From Tubulanus polymorphus (taxonomy: Eukaryota > Animalia > Nemertea): a stretch of DNA of 64,000 nt. The notes under the pieces were generated by a model that searched no databases, had not been told where the DNA came from, and saw only the letters and a list, made by a program, of their open reading frames with translations. Positions 24,206 to 36,923 of the stretch are shown here, piece after piece. Made by a program: the position numbers and the translations under genes. The first letter of the stretch is position 1; every line of letters starts with the position of its first letter. The stretch spans positions 4,836,001-4,900,000 of the forward strand of contig NC_134025.1 in assembly GCF_964204645.1 (NCBI RefSeq), written 5' to 3'.

Positions 24206-27200
24206 ACAACCTAGCCCTTTTTGCGACGAGGAATATGGCTAAATACATAATAATGTGCTGGAAGGCTATGACACACATAAACTAATTGTGATCCCCTCTA
24301 TAAAACAAATTGGACGATTTGAAAATATCATTCGGCATTTTTTGTATGCAGCTAGTTTTCTATTCAAACAGAAAAATGTCACCTTTCCATAATATCCGCT
24401 TTCATGCAAAGATTTCTAATTGTGAAGGCGAGAAAATGTTGGATCAGAATGGATGTTGCTCGCTGAAAAAAGCGTTTTATACCATTGAAAACCGATAGCT
24501 GTCTTCGTGAAAGATTTATATCTAATTCTTGGTAAAATGTCTTGGTTCTGCGGGGGCTTCCATTAACGCGCTGAAGCCAGAGTCTAATTTGCAACTGTAT
24601 CAACAGTATTAAGAACTGATACTCTAGCGAACGAGCGCACGTAATTTGGCTCGATTTTAAGAGCTAAGCTAACGACGAGCATCGATATGTGATGACTTGT
24701 CGTTTTAATGCGTCGGCTCGTTTACGGAATGCCCAAAAGCGCAGTCATCCGGCTCATAGAACGAATCCGGCGGATATACAGCGATAGCTGTCGCATTTCA
24801 CTAATTAAACACGTACAATCTCTACAGGTTGTAATTAAAGCGGAGTACAGCTTCATTTTCCATCGCGTCGAAGCGACTATCGCCGACGGAAGTGGCTTTA
24901 TTCATCGCCAGTCGGCGGTGTATTTTACGCCGTATGCGATGGGTTTTTATCATATCATCATCACACGGTGTGACTGCCGGACGGTGAAACGAATCCTTTC
25001 ATACACAGCGTCTGTGGAGTGCTATCAATCCCGCACCGCATCATGATAAAATACACAGCACGAAGGCAGTTTTGAAAAGGAACTCTAATTTCCGAGAAAA
25101 TTGTGATGTTCTTGTGTAATCTTCATTATGTTGGATCTTCCTGAATAGCAATTTGGATTTTTAGAAGAAATGTTACGTAAATTTGTAACCTAACGAACCA
25201 ACCAATGTAAAAAAAAATCATTCAATTTCGCTCCTGATCAAAAGCCATTTCATTTTGCAACCACTGCAATCGGTATCATATATCAAATTAGACTATGACT
25301 TGGAGATATGGAAAAGCGCGAAATATTATCATAGGAATAATTCTGAGAGCACTTATCGCCTGGAGACACGTGACTTTATTAGGAAATTCGAACGGCGACA
25401 AGCTGTCGTCAAAACGGGCTCCCAGTGGGGAATATTCCGCGATAGATTTTGTAAAAGGGAGAGATATATTTCCAGGCAACGCGTACACCGTACTAACTAA
25501 CATTATAGGTCGATGTTTCACATCTTGGTATCGTAATCAATTTGACAAATGTGTTACACTATCTTGATTTTCGATTCAGATAATCCTGCGTGTAGAAACC
25601 TAGTGGAATATCTAGGTGCGTTCGACTAGAAGAACGAGATTAATCAAATATGGCAGTCGTACTTTCAGCTTGTCAATTAAAAAACAATTATGTGTGACAG
25701 TTAGATAGAATGGGTAAGGTGTACAGTTTTCCATACCGCAGTGCAGGCAGCCATATGAGATACACATTATGGCTTAGATAGTTCAGGTCCAGATTCTCAG
25801 AATATGCAAAAATCAGTTAATTCAGTTATGAATGTGCAAAACTATGGTCTATTATGCCCAATGAAGATATATCTTGAAGGTTTGGTTTAAATAGAGAGGT
25901 TCTTTCTGCACCAGACTCTCGCAGCTGTCAACAGCTATGAGGTGAAATTTGCGGACAAAACTGTTGACACACAAGAAAGCAAGAAATCGCATACCATGCT
26001 GCAGTTTTCACTGGTATGAATATATACGTATTAATGAGCAAGCTTTAGAATTTACCACGATATACACGTATTAGATTACATATTGGTGATAGTAATAATT
26101 CAAAAAGAGCCCGTGAAATGAGGAAATCGTCTTTAACATACGAATACCAACCTTTTGTGATTGATACGGTGATATCGTAGAGATGTATTCATACATCATT
26201 GCACTAATCCATGAATCCGCATTTCAGCGCGATGAGGTCTACTCTCGGTGTTTCTCAATTCGTCTCTTGCGCTGATCTGCTGCCGTTGCTGCTTCCAACT
26301 TGATCTCGCCAACTAAACATCCGATTGCGCCCTCTTTCTATTTGCAAACGCCTGGACATCGCCAAAGCGGGATAGGCTAGGCTAATCACGTCATGTAAAG
26401 ACATCAGCGCAAAAAAAACATACGTAAAACAAGTAATTTCTATGGCGATTGATCCGATGGATCGGTGCTTATGTTTAATGCAGCCACTACACTGTTTAGA
26501 TTCCGCAGATGTTCTAATGGTTTTCGCATTCATACATAATGTATTTACCGTACAGCAGCTGGACATAAATGCAGGCAAACTATTTTTATTTATGTACGTA
26601 TGCCACAAAAATTGGGACCAAACAGCTATATATAAGCGAAATAAATTAAGAGTAAATTATCTAGTTAACTCGCCGAGTTGATCATCACTCAAATGCGGTA
26701 TATATTCGGTATGCATGTCATTAAATGCTAAATGCAGCGAAGCCGAATAGTGTTATTCCTAATCATACACTAGACTTGAACATTTTTCAAATCCAAACAA
26801 TAAGCAACGGCAAGCTAGGTAATAAACCTTAGGACATGTTTTGTTAGCATTTTCATCGCGAATGAATTTTTGAAGGATTGTTGAGCCTATCGTTGATCGA
26901 CACGAAATCGTCGTTATCATGCCTACGTGGAACTAGGCAAATTATACATATACTGATAATAATGCGGCATATTTCAAAGCATTTCATAGATTTGTTCGGA
27001 ATGTAACTATTCCCAAAAAATGGACGACGGAGGATGCTATTTATCGACTAAATTATGAAGATCATTTATAGGTTTTTTAGTGAGAAACAATCAATTTTGC
27101 ACTGTATAAATTATATTTTTTTCTTCTCAACCTCAACTTCTCTTCTCAACTGGTTGAAACGTAAATTTCAAAAACATACTAAGATTTTATGCAGACTATT

Positions 27201-27282
27201 CATTAGATTTTTTAGTTCGATGTAGAGGAATACGTAGATGAATATATCAAATTTGATTTACTAAAGATGATGGAAGCGAAAA

Positions 27283-27527
27283 TTATTCCTTGAAATAAAT
27301 GTCAATAAGACCTCCAGCAGTAACCAAATTTGCCCCTTTTTTCATTTGGGCACCATAACACGAATTTCTCTCCTTCACTAGGACTGTGCATAATTTCTCG
27401 TTGGCGCACAATACTAAACAGCTATTGAGATTATCGGCTTGGATATTGCGGCTGATATAAACTACTGTTCCTTTCGGTTGGCGGTAAAAGAAATTGCCTC
27501 GAGACGACTGCGTTCGTGGTGGCGAAA
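27283..27527 (-). CDS. PAN/apple-like terminal exon (phase-1 acceptor)
   Basis: ADNLNSCLVLCANEKLCTVLVKERNSCYG...IDIYFKE*; strong acceptor tttttttctatttcag; probably spliced to the exon at 28014-28259. Confidence 0.55.
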
Positions 27528-27878
27528 CTGAAATAGAAAAAAAGTGCGATCTCTTATTTATCCGTCGTAACACTGCTTGTGATTGGAGTCCTTCGTAAAT
27601 TCGTATTTCATCATTGCGAATAAAAAGAAAAACAAAACATAAGCCAGATCAAAATCCTCTGATATTAGAGAAACAACGCCAGCAAATAGAAACCGTAAAT
27701 ATCCGTCACAGTGGAATTCTTATCAAAGTTGAAGAGATTTTTTAGTTTTTTTTTGTTTGAGATTGTTGGTGGTTTAGAGCCATTTTTGGTCTTGAGCCGT
27801 GAGGTGGCATATGTAGATGGGAGCTGACATCGTAGTGGTTAACCAGGAAGAAGTAAACGAAATCGATACGACGAAAGA

Positions 27879-28481
27879 TCAGAAAGAAAACCCCATTCGG
27901 TATGCGGATATTGTGAGATGTCCTGCAAACTCTCAGAACATTGATTAAGAATACTATTTACACACACCAATTAAGAGACATGAACAAATCTGACAGATTT
28001 TCATGGGAGATACCTTGCAAAGGGGTCGTATTGTATAGTGGATCAGCGCCTTTGGTGTTCGTATCGCATGACAGTATTTTAATACAGTATCCATCCAAAT
28101 AAACAAACGCGTTGCATATTACTGGCGGATCCCACAAGAATACCGTGAATGGTGGCCCAACACCCGCGGTACAAGCGCTCTGACAATCTTTAAAACTCAT
28201 TGAGACCATATTAGATCGATCCAACGAAGCACATTTTACCTGACGAGGTCCGTAAAACTCTACAACACAAATAGATTCCTTTGCAAAAATATGTACGAAA
28301 TTCATATTGAAGAATGCAATTTAGACAGCTTCAAATATATAAGAAATTCATATCGAAGAATGCAATTTAGACAGCTCACAAACACGACGATTTCAAAACG
28401 TGAAAATACGATTTTATATTCACCCTTTGCTTGAATTGAATAGAGAAGCACAAAAAATGAGCCGAAACTAAACAGAACCAT
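27879..28481 (-). CDS. Small secreted 6-Cys PAN/apple-like protein; exons 28481-28424, 28259-28014, then 27922-27879 or 27527-27283
   Basis: Signal-like MVLFSFGSFFVLLYSIQAK, phase-1 intron, EFYGPRQVKC...FKDCQSAC...VICNAFVYLDGYCIKILSC; GT-AG junctions in frame; last exon uncertain. Confidence 0.65.
28296..28382. repeat. ~46-bp direct tandem duplication in an intron
   Basis: gaaattcatat(t/c)gaagaatgcaatttagacagct occurs twice. Confidence 0.8.
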
Positions 28482-28867
28482 TGCGATAACCCTGACGTCC
28501 GCGACAAACAATTTTCAAATATCATTTAGCAAACAGCTTCTATCTAATTAAATATTTCATTATCCATCGACATTTTCTATCCAATATCGCAGAACCCTCT
28601 GTAGCAATTCACAGAACCACTCGATAGCCCCGCTAGAAAATTCCGAATGTAGCAAACATTATTATTGCGATGTCGAGAATATCACCAGCCGAAAAGACGG
28701 GTAATAGGCCTACTTAAAACTTGTGATGATGCGATGAGGAATGATTTGAACCGTTTTAAATACCGGTATATCACAAAACAACAGAAAAAGTATACAATTC
28801 AAAACCGTTTAATTTCTTGAGTTTGTAAGTATAGATTTGTACGGTTTAATCAGAAAGTAAAATTTCC

Positions 28868-29362
28868 TCACTTGCCTGGAACTAATGAAAAGAAGCGGTC
28901 TTTTCCTTCGGGTGAAAGATAGCATTTATTCACTTTGAAGCAGTAACCATTTTGGTAAACGAACTGTTGACATATTTTCTGTTCACCGAGATAAGCAGAA
29001 AATGGAACATCGGCTTTGCGACACGCTTCGGCGCACTGGGCAAACGTAACGACTCGGGCACTGGTATCGAGATTACATCGAGCCGAATACGGCCCGTACA
29101 GTTCTGGAAAATTCCAACGAAATTGAATTAAGTTGACTTTAATTCGTTAAAACTCGATGTATCTAAAATATTAGCCCAGAACTAAGATAATTTCTGAGGT
29201 TATGAAGAAAAATGTACTGAGCTATGAAAATAAGGCTACCGGGAAAAAACTTTTTTCGTGATACGATTAATATATAATACAATAATTATTTTACGCACCT
29301 GCAGTGATAATTGCCACGTATTCCCGACAATAGAATAATAACAAATAGTAAAAAAGACACAT
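28868..29362 (-). CDS. Paralogous small secreted 6-Cys PAN/apple-like protein (~99 aa); exons 29362-29299 and 29103-28868; absent from the ORF track
   Basis: MCLFYYLLLFYCREYVAIITA|ELYGPYSARC...TFAQCAEAC...KICQQFVYQNGYCFKVNKC...PGK*; all six Cys plus YGP, FVY and GYC align with the neighbouring gene. Confidence 0.7.
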
Positions 29363-30847
29363 GTTATATGTCGACTTTTTTCAATTGCATTTGCAAAATC
29401 AAAACCAACTGATAATAGCCGCCTGAACGATTTTGTCTGCAACAATTCCCTTGCAGAATGAATAAGAGAGATTTTGATGGATTGCTATCGTGATTTTGTT
29501 GTTCCTTTTTTTATTGTTCGTCCCGCCAGGAGAGTCGCACTTCCAATATTTGGCCGTTTGATAAATATTAATTTCCTGTCGTACGCGAAATCGCGCTTTT
29601 GAAGACATGCCGATAGTTAATCGAAAGTAAACAGTCGAAGAAACCCCATCAATTCCATTCTTTTTTACCCAAAATTGCACACGTAATGACAGCTCATCGT
29701 CATGATATTATATCTCTGTCTATGGACTGAAAACTCCTATGTCAAAAGAGAGGAGATGTATCAATTTAATTGTATGATACAAGCTCTTCGCACATGGGTA
29801 CTTTCTTCAGATGAAATGGGTTCACAAATATATCACTGAAGCCAGTCTACCAATTAAATAGCCAATCTGTAACCGCAAACATAGGCTGCTGGAGGGATGA
29901 TACTGTTTGGGATGTCGGCAAGGGCGTTGGGTTTTAAGAAGAATCTGCGGCTTCCTTCGGTAAATCTGAAGACGTTTTCCAAACATGTCTAATCTAACTA
30001 GCTTCCATGATCCAGAAAACAAACACCCTCAATAAACAACGCGAACGACGAAGAATTATTGACATATAAAATAATTTTGATTTATTTGACCAAACCAGCA
30101 GATTCTTTTGAAGAACTGCTTTCTCTTGATGGCAGAAAATAAATTGACTTTGTCGATGCTGTGAGCAATATATTGATTACCGGTAAAGACCGAGAACTTG
30201 CAAGTTTTAACCGAACGATTGAAGACAACCGAAACCTGACAAACAGCTCGACAATAAACTATAAACAATATCATATTAAAAATAATCTACAATATCTCTA
30301 AATCTTATTGGAATTTCTAATAAGCCATTCAGAAATGAGTACACACAAAATGTATAAAGCTGTACTAAGTACTGGACAAAGCATTCATTAAACTCGATGA
30401 TTATTATGCATTTCAGTGCAATCACACAGTGTTTTTTTTTAGGTCATCGTAGTAAACAGAACACGATTATCAAGGTCTAACATTCATCATGACAAGTTAT
30501 TATTCAATGAGAGATCAACAATAAAACAATGCATAGTTTAATCAACTGATCACAGTGACCTTGAATTGATATAACGCACAATATACCGGTACATACATAA
30601 TGATTCACTCGAAGATTTTTCAACCCTAAATACAAAATATTGACATGATTTGTAACATTCACAATAAAACACTCATTTTGAACACGTTGCATAGAGAACT
30701 AGATACGTTTTACGTCATGATAATAATAAATACATAATTACGTATAATATTTGCATTGATACTGCATGAAAATTTTCTAAAAAATTAACACTTGGCACAA
30801 GATTTTTTTAAAGGAACTAGAAAGCAAGCAAATGGTTCTACCTGTTT

Positions 30848-33800
30848 CTAACCTAACTCGGTTGGTTTTATGTCTGTTAAAGTCCACCCACCCTTGCCGT
30901 CCAGATGCAGCTGACAATCATGATATTGTTTCAAAGATTCGCGATGTCCAACTGACAGTACTGTTATACCCAATTCACGACATAAGTTATACATAGTGCT
31001 TTCAGCCTGTAATCCTATCTGACTAGTCGCTTCATCGAGAGCTGAAAGGTACAAAACAAAATCAGATATCAAAATATATCCTCTTAATGAAGTCTTACTT
31101 AATCAATGTTTTCCCTTCAATAACCTTCTACCCAAATATGCGATACCAGTTATCAAGGTAGTTAAATGTGGGTTATCTATTTGTAATATAAAATTTTCCA
31201 GGACTTATATAAGAAAGAAAAAATTAATTTGCGGTAAAAACCTATGTGCCCCAGTAGGCCGTAAGCATTTTTGTACCTATAGTAATTATGTACGTACCCG
31301 CAAAATGTGGCTTATGGTAAAAAAGCCGTACAAACGAAAGTCTTTGCATCTCACCAGGAGACAAAACATCGAACCTAATCAGAAGAAAAACGCATTCATC
31401 AAAAAATAAATAAGGGTTAACTAACTGGATTTCGCCAGTTACAGCAGTAGGGATTGAATCAGCATACCAATTAATATCCTGTGAAGTATCTAAACCACCA
31501 ACTCTGCCAACAACAGCCGTAAGATCAGCACATTCCAGATAATGATTTATATCTTGATCTGAAAAGATATCATTTCACTTTCTAAAACTCAAATCTCACT
31601 GAACCTTTAAACACTACTTTCCTATCTATATAACGTCATACTTTACCTTGCGATGGTTTCTTTATTTTGGCTGGAAATACAATCTGTTCTCGCAATGTTC
31701 CATTCGTAAAATAAGGCTTCTGTGGTAGATAAAACATACCATTCGGTCCAATCGGCACAAACCGTTCTACTGACCCTGTAATAGAGTCAAGCACCATCAG
31801 ATCCAGTTAAGTCAGATTACGTTTAACCTTTTGAATCAAATAAAAAATTTTTTCTGAACTTATTTGGTACGGAAAATTACTAACCTGAGTAATTCGTCCA
31901 TAGTTGGCCCAGAACTCGTAACAATGAACTTTTGCCACAACCACTTTCTCCAGTGATGAGAATGTTTATTTTAGGGGATATCGTTAGATCTAACCCTGAA
32001 ATAGACAATTCACTATGGGACATTTGAGTTTGACATGTCAAGCCCATGCTTTAAGTTTGACATTAAGAAGTGCAAATGTTCCTCGGTTTGCACACTTTCT
32101 GTCAAAAAGGGTCAACACTACTCCCTAACAATTACAATACTAATGTTAATCTAGAGAAATATTCATGTACCTTTGAGCATTACTTCATCAGTGGTTGGAA
32201 GACAGTACATTAAATCTTTAATTCGATATCCGACTGTAGTTATTTCTTCTATGCTAACGACAGAGCTGAAAATTTAGGTTAATTACAAATTCCATTTGTA
32301 CAAAAACATTTCCAATAATTTGATAATAGCATTAGAACAAAATATACGTACTTAGTATTTGCACTAATGAGAGTAGAAGTACTGTTTACCGCTTGTGCCT
32401 CATCAACTGTATAAACTGATTCCTTTGGTCCATAACTATCATCCTCAAATGTGTACTCGTTCAATGACTCAATTAGCTGACATATACTGCAAAGCAACCA
32501 ATTGTGAAAGTTTATTTTCTAGAGGCTTCTGAATTGAGTTATAAACAAAAAGCTTGCACGTACCGGTGGGCGGCTCCAGCAATATCACTAACACTGATGG
32601 ACATGTCAATAAGCTTTGTGAAACAGCTGATCAGATAAATGGATACAAATGCATTCTGAAAATAATAAGATAATTTCAAAGTATTTGTTGAAAAGCAGAA
32701 TTACAAGTATTTCTGTAAAATCTAAAAATATTTTGGGAAACCACTATTTGTCAGAAAATATAGTTCTTAAGTCTAATCATCTTAATACGATAACTTACCT
32801 TGCTTATCAATGCACTAAGGTCTGCATTACTCAATGCATCATACTTGCCAGCAAAAATAGGAACCGCAATCGCGACATAGCTCAGAATACTGCCGATATA
32901 ATCAGCAAGTTGAATGGAAACTGCAATTCAAGAATATATGATGGAATTGGAGAGATTTATTTCGAACTTGATAAATCAAATATCTGAAAGATACTTACAG
33001 TTGAGTGCATATTTTCGGTTCATTAATCTATGCTGAGTTGTTATTAGCTCGTCCATCTTATGATTTGCTTTACTCCATTCGATATTTCCAGCACGATAAA
33101 ATGCAACAGCTTCAGCGTGTGACCTAATTTGCATGTGTTTGTATCTACAGTGAGAAATCATTTACACACAATCAAGTCAAGTATTGAGTTATACAGTGTA
33201 CATGTACAAACGTTGCATAAACATTCAACTTAGATAATTGAACTCACCTGAAGTCACCTTCTTTCTTCTCTTGTTTGACAAAGTATCTAATGACTGGACT
33301 CATGAGAAAGCGATTAATTGTAGTCATAATGAGGAAAAAGATGAAAACGCTCAACGGACCAATGTAACCAGTACTAGAAAAACACAGTAACAACATGTGA
33401 TGGTTAGAACCATTAGACTACCCCTCATCTATTTCAAGCATCCCCCTATCTAATTGCTACAAAATATTCTCAGTCACACTTATTAGTATTTCAACGATAC
33501 CAAGAAATGTAACCTCCAAAATTCTGACCTTGCACGACACTAGCATTAGCATTGAATGCATAGTGACAAAGTTCTTCATTGTTAATGAAATGAAATATAT
33601 GTATATCGTTGTCTTGAAGATATTCTTAGAAAGATCATGATGATATTCTGAGAAATTATCAGGTCACATTCCTTAGAAAACTGATGTAAACCCAGTTTTT
33701 AGATCAACATACTAGCTGGTATTATATATTGCTGAAATCAACAACTAACCATTAATGTATTGCTGCTTTTCCTTACCTTGTCCAGGCTTGATAAATATAA

Positions 33801-34835
33801 TAGCCTATAGTAAATGGTGAAATAAGAAGCACTGCTATGATTTGGCTCAATGTATTACACATCTTATCTACATCTTGCGTTATTCTTTGATCTCTGAAAT
33901 ATTGAAAAGAAGTTGTCAGACTACAAACTTCAAAGATACTCAGGAGAGGTATCTTAAGGTAAATAAAATATCATAAAATGACAAAATGGAAAAAAGTTCA
34001 AACTTACGGATTATCAATACATTTGTCACGTATGTTGACGTTATAGAATGCAGTTCCTTTGAAGTATAAATTGTGTAAAAATCTTGTGATCAGTTCCCGC
34101 CATCGAATATACAAAATTGACGCCATGTATAACATAGTACTATGAATCTAAAATAAAGAAAGACATTGGAAATAAAATGGAGAGAACTTAGGCTACAAGA
34201 ACAGAAGATTGAACAATCTTTCATAAATTCCTGAGAATATAACTTCATTGATAAGAATAAACTTACGAAAGCAATGGATACAATTAGTATCGACGCCATT
34301 ATCAATTCGTGCTGAAATCCTATATTGTCTTTTTCACTCAGCGTCTTATAAAACTTGCTCGGTATGATTCCGATTTGATAAATAACGACTTGTTCTAAAA
34401 ATGCAAAAATTGATTGATCATACTGTAGGAAACTGCTGAAGGAATGCCATACTAGCAATAAATCTATTATGGGATTCAATAATGAATTATCGTTAACAAC
34501 AAACTCAAAATTCAGCTGTTGAAAAATACACTACTCATTTAGAATAATTCAATCACAAAATCATTTAAATTGAGTTTTATTACCCTGGACCCAGTTCCAC
34601 AGTTGTGAGTTAGAGTTAACTCTGAGTTAAAGTTAGTTCATTTTCAATGTTTTAGGCCTAACCCAGGGTCAAATCTTAACTCAGAACAGTGGAACTGGAC
34701 CCTGGGTACTAATGATCTCGTACCTAGTAGCGAAGTGCATAATAATAAGAGGAACAGCAGAGAGGTCGGAGAACAGACTGATGGAAACATCAGCTTCAGT
34801 AGAAAAAACAGCCTCTTGATGAACTTCATTACCCT
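30848..34835 (-). CDS. ABCD4: ABC transporter D family member 4 (lysosomal cobalamin exporter), ~15 exons; first coding exon uncertain
   Basis: [48 protein letters not shown] (EAA), Walker [17 protein letters not shown], signature LSPGEMQR, Walker B ALDEATS, SVGHR; collinear with ABCD4 as I recall it. Confidence 0.93.
34581..34708. mobile_element. MITE (~128 bp) in an ABCD4 intron
   Basis: TIRs taccctggacccagttccacagtt / aacagtggaactggaccctgggta; internal gagttaa repeats. Confidence 0.75.
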
Positions 34836-35597
34836 AAAAAACAGATTCGTTGCATTGCATAGAATAAAGACCCTAAAATTATCTAGAAATCAAAATAATT
34901 TTTTGAAGAACAAAGCGGCCCACTCAATTGTTTCCTCACATTTACGATGCCATGTATTAATAATAAGTGACAACATTTCATTCAGTCTTGCAAACCCAAT
35001 CAATGATTCCCTAATCATAAATTCCCTAAACTATCATCCTTGTAAGTTAGTTGTGTGTGGGTAACCTTCAAACTTTTTGTTGTAGTAAACTCTTGGTAAT
35101 CTATTTTGTAGTAGGGTTAGCGCAACAATTTAACTTGATTTATTATCATGTTTCATATCACTCACGTAACGTTATCAATAAATCGGTTGCGTCCACTGTT
35201 CGAATTTAAATGAGATATCATCTCTCAAACGACCGTCCACGACAGTTGTACGTGAGCATGCACGTCCGAGACAGAAATGACACATGTTGCACTGTTGACA
35301 GCATATTTATATGCCCCCGAGAATCACCGCTACGTGGCGCTCAAACTATATTCAATAAAACACGGATTGGGTCCGATTACCTAAAGCACGGTTAAGGATC
35401 AATACATATATTCCTCACGGCGGTATAGTCGCATTCTTGAAAATGAATACCAACACAGAAATGTCTCCCACTTTTGCAAAATGAATCTAGTAATTCGCAA
35501 TTCGGTTGGTTTCAATCAGGCGTGGAACAGGGGGGACCGTAGTTTATAACCCACTATATACAGAATCTAAAATATTGAAAACGAATTCTATTTCAAA

Positions 35598-35644
35598 ACA
35601 CGATGTTTCGCCGCGAACTCTCGCTAGACTCATCTGCCGGGTGA
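35598..35644 (-). ncRNA. Degenerate hammerhead-like motif
   Basis: Minus strand CAGATGA-gtctagcga[gagt]tcgcggc-GAAA-catc-gtg; U4 replaced by A and stem I weak. Confidence 0.35.
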
Positions 35645-36338
35645 TAAGCCTTCCGATAATTCACCAAGAAGCCGTAGAGTCGATGTTCTCGGGTATGTTA
35701 GGATCGAAGGGCGCTGTAGGAGGAAACAACATTTCTCATCCAGGACCGACTTGGTGACTCAAGCCGATACAACGAGATGATGCCTGCGGACTCTCAAGGC
35801 AGAGCAGCCCGACTGGGTGCGATTGAAAGACGGATATCCAAATAAGAAAAACTAGAACGACTGGTTTTTTCCGTGAAATATGCAATAACATGGAATGACA
35901 TGTTTTTTCTTGCTTGTGAACAACATTGACTAGAAAATAATATGTAAACTACTACATACTTGGATTTTTTAGATTCACATACACAATGCAGTCGCTGAAA
36001 CATAACTATTTATCATAATTTTGGCAAAAATACTGAAAACATTTCAAAACAGAATATTTTTATAAACATTTCAACATTGAAACAATAATGGAATATCTAG
36101 ACTCTATCTAAACCTTGGTGGGTCGTAGTCACTTCTCCGTTGAGCGTGGAAGAATGACTTCGATTGCTACAGGCGTTGCTTCGCTGATAACAGCTAAGTT
36201 ATAGTAGGACAGAATAATGATGATTGTGATACGCGTTCGAACACAAAACATGTTGAAATAGAGGATTAATTTGGTTATATCCATCTGATGCGCAACGGTT
36301 CTTTGTTCCATCCACCACGCCCATCGATTCCAGACAGA

Positions 36339-36923
36339 TCACAACCAGCCGCTGTCTAACCCCACATTATCATCGTATACAGCCTTTTCTTTGGCGCATT
36401 TCTCTACCGATATTCCCTGTAACTTTGATAAAGTTCGGTAGACTTCACCAAATCTTGCATTCGCCTCTTCCCAGGCGCAGTTGTACAATCGCAGCGTTAA
36501 AATGCGGTACGTCGTTTCGACCGTGTCGTCTTTACGGCCGCTTTTTTTCAAAGCCGATCGCGACAGACGACACGACGGCTGCACTTTCGCTTCGATATCA
36601 TCGAACATTGCGGCTCTGTCACCGCGCAACGTGAAATGAAACTCGTAGTATTGCGCACCGGTTAGCGCTACTCCTTTATTAGCGTGGAACGGTTCTTCGA
36701 TTTTTTTACGCACCGGAATTAGTCCACGAGCGGTTGCATCGTCTGCGAATTTTTCGGCGAGTTTTAGCGGGTCCTTTGTACACCACAACGAACACATCAA
36801 CTGCCGTCTGTTCTCGACGTCCGGTGGCAATTCAATCATGATCATTTTACACAGCGGATATTCATCGCACAGTCGTTGCATAGTCTCAACGTCGCCATCT
36901 ACCGTAACGTGTATTTCAAACAT
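36339..36923 (-). CDS. Intronless 194-aa protein resembling an uncharacterised bacterial/giant-virus family (twin ExH motifs, C-terminal D-x-N-x-x-LD-x-GW)
   Basis: MFEIHVTV...RKKIE...YYEFHFTL...LSRSA...ILTLR...EKAVYDDNVGLDSGWL; intact ORF, visibly more GC-rich than the flanks. Confidence 0.8.
   Translation of the reverse strand: MFEIHVTVDGDVETMQRLCDEYPLCKMIMIELPPDVENRRQLMCSLWCTKDPLKLAEKFADDATARGLIPVRKKIEEPFHANKGVALTGAQYYEFHFTLRGDRAAMFDDIEAKVQPSCRLSRSALKKSGRKDDTVETTYRILTLRLYNCAWEEANARFGEVYRTLSKLQGISVEKCAKEKAVYDDNVGLDSGWL

Noticed and set aside
24708-26681. Several 80-117 aa ORFs on both strands
   Set aside because: No motifs, overlapping frames and no consistent splice structure.
30848-36923. 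Functional link between ABCD4 (cobalamin) and the adjacent foreign-looking gene
   Set aside because: Adjacency in an animal genome is not evidence of a shared pathway, and no cobalamin-binding motif is visible.
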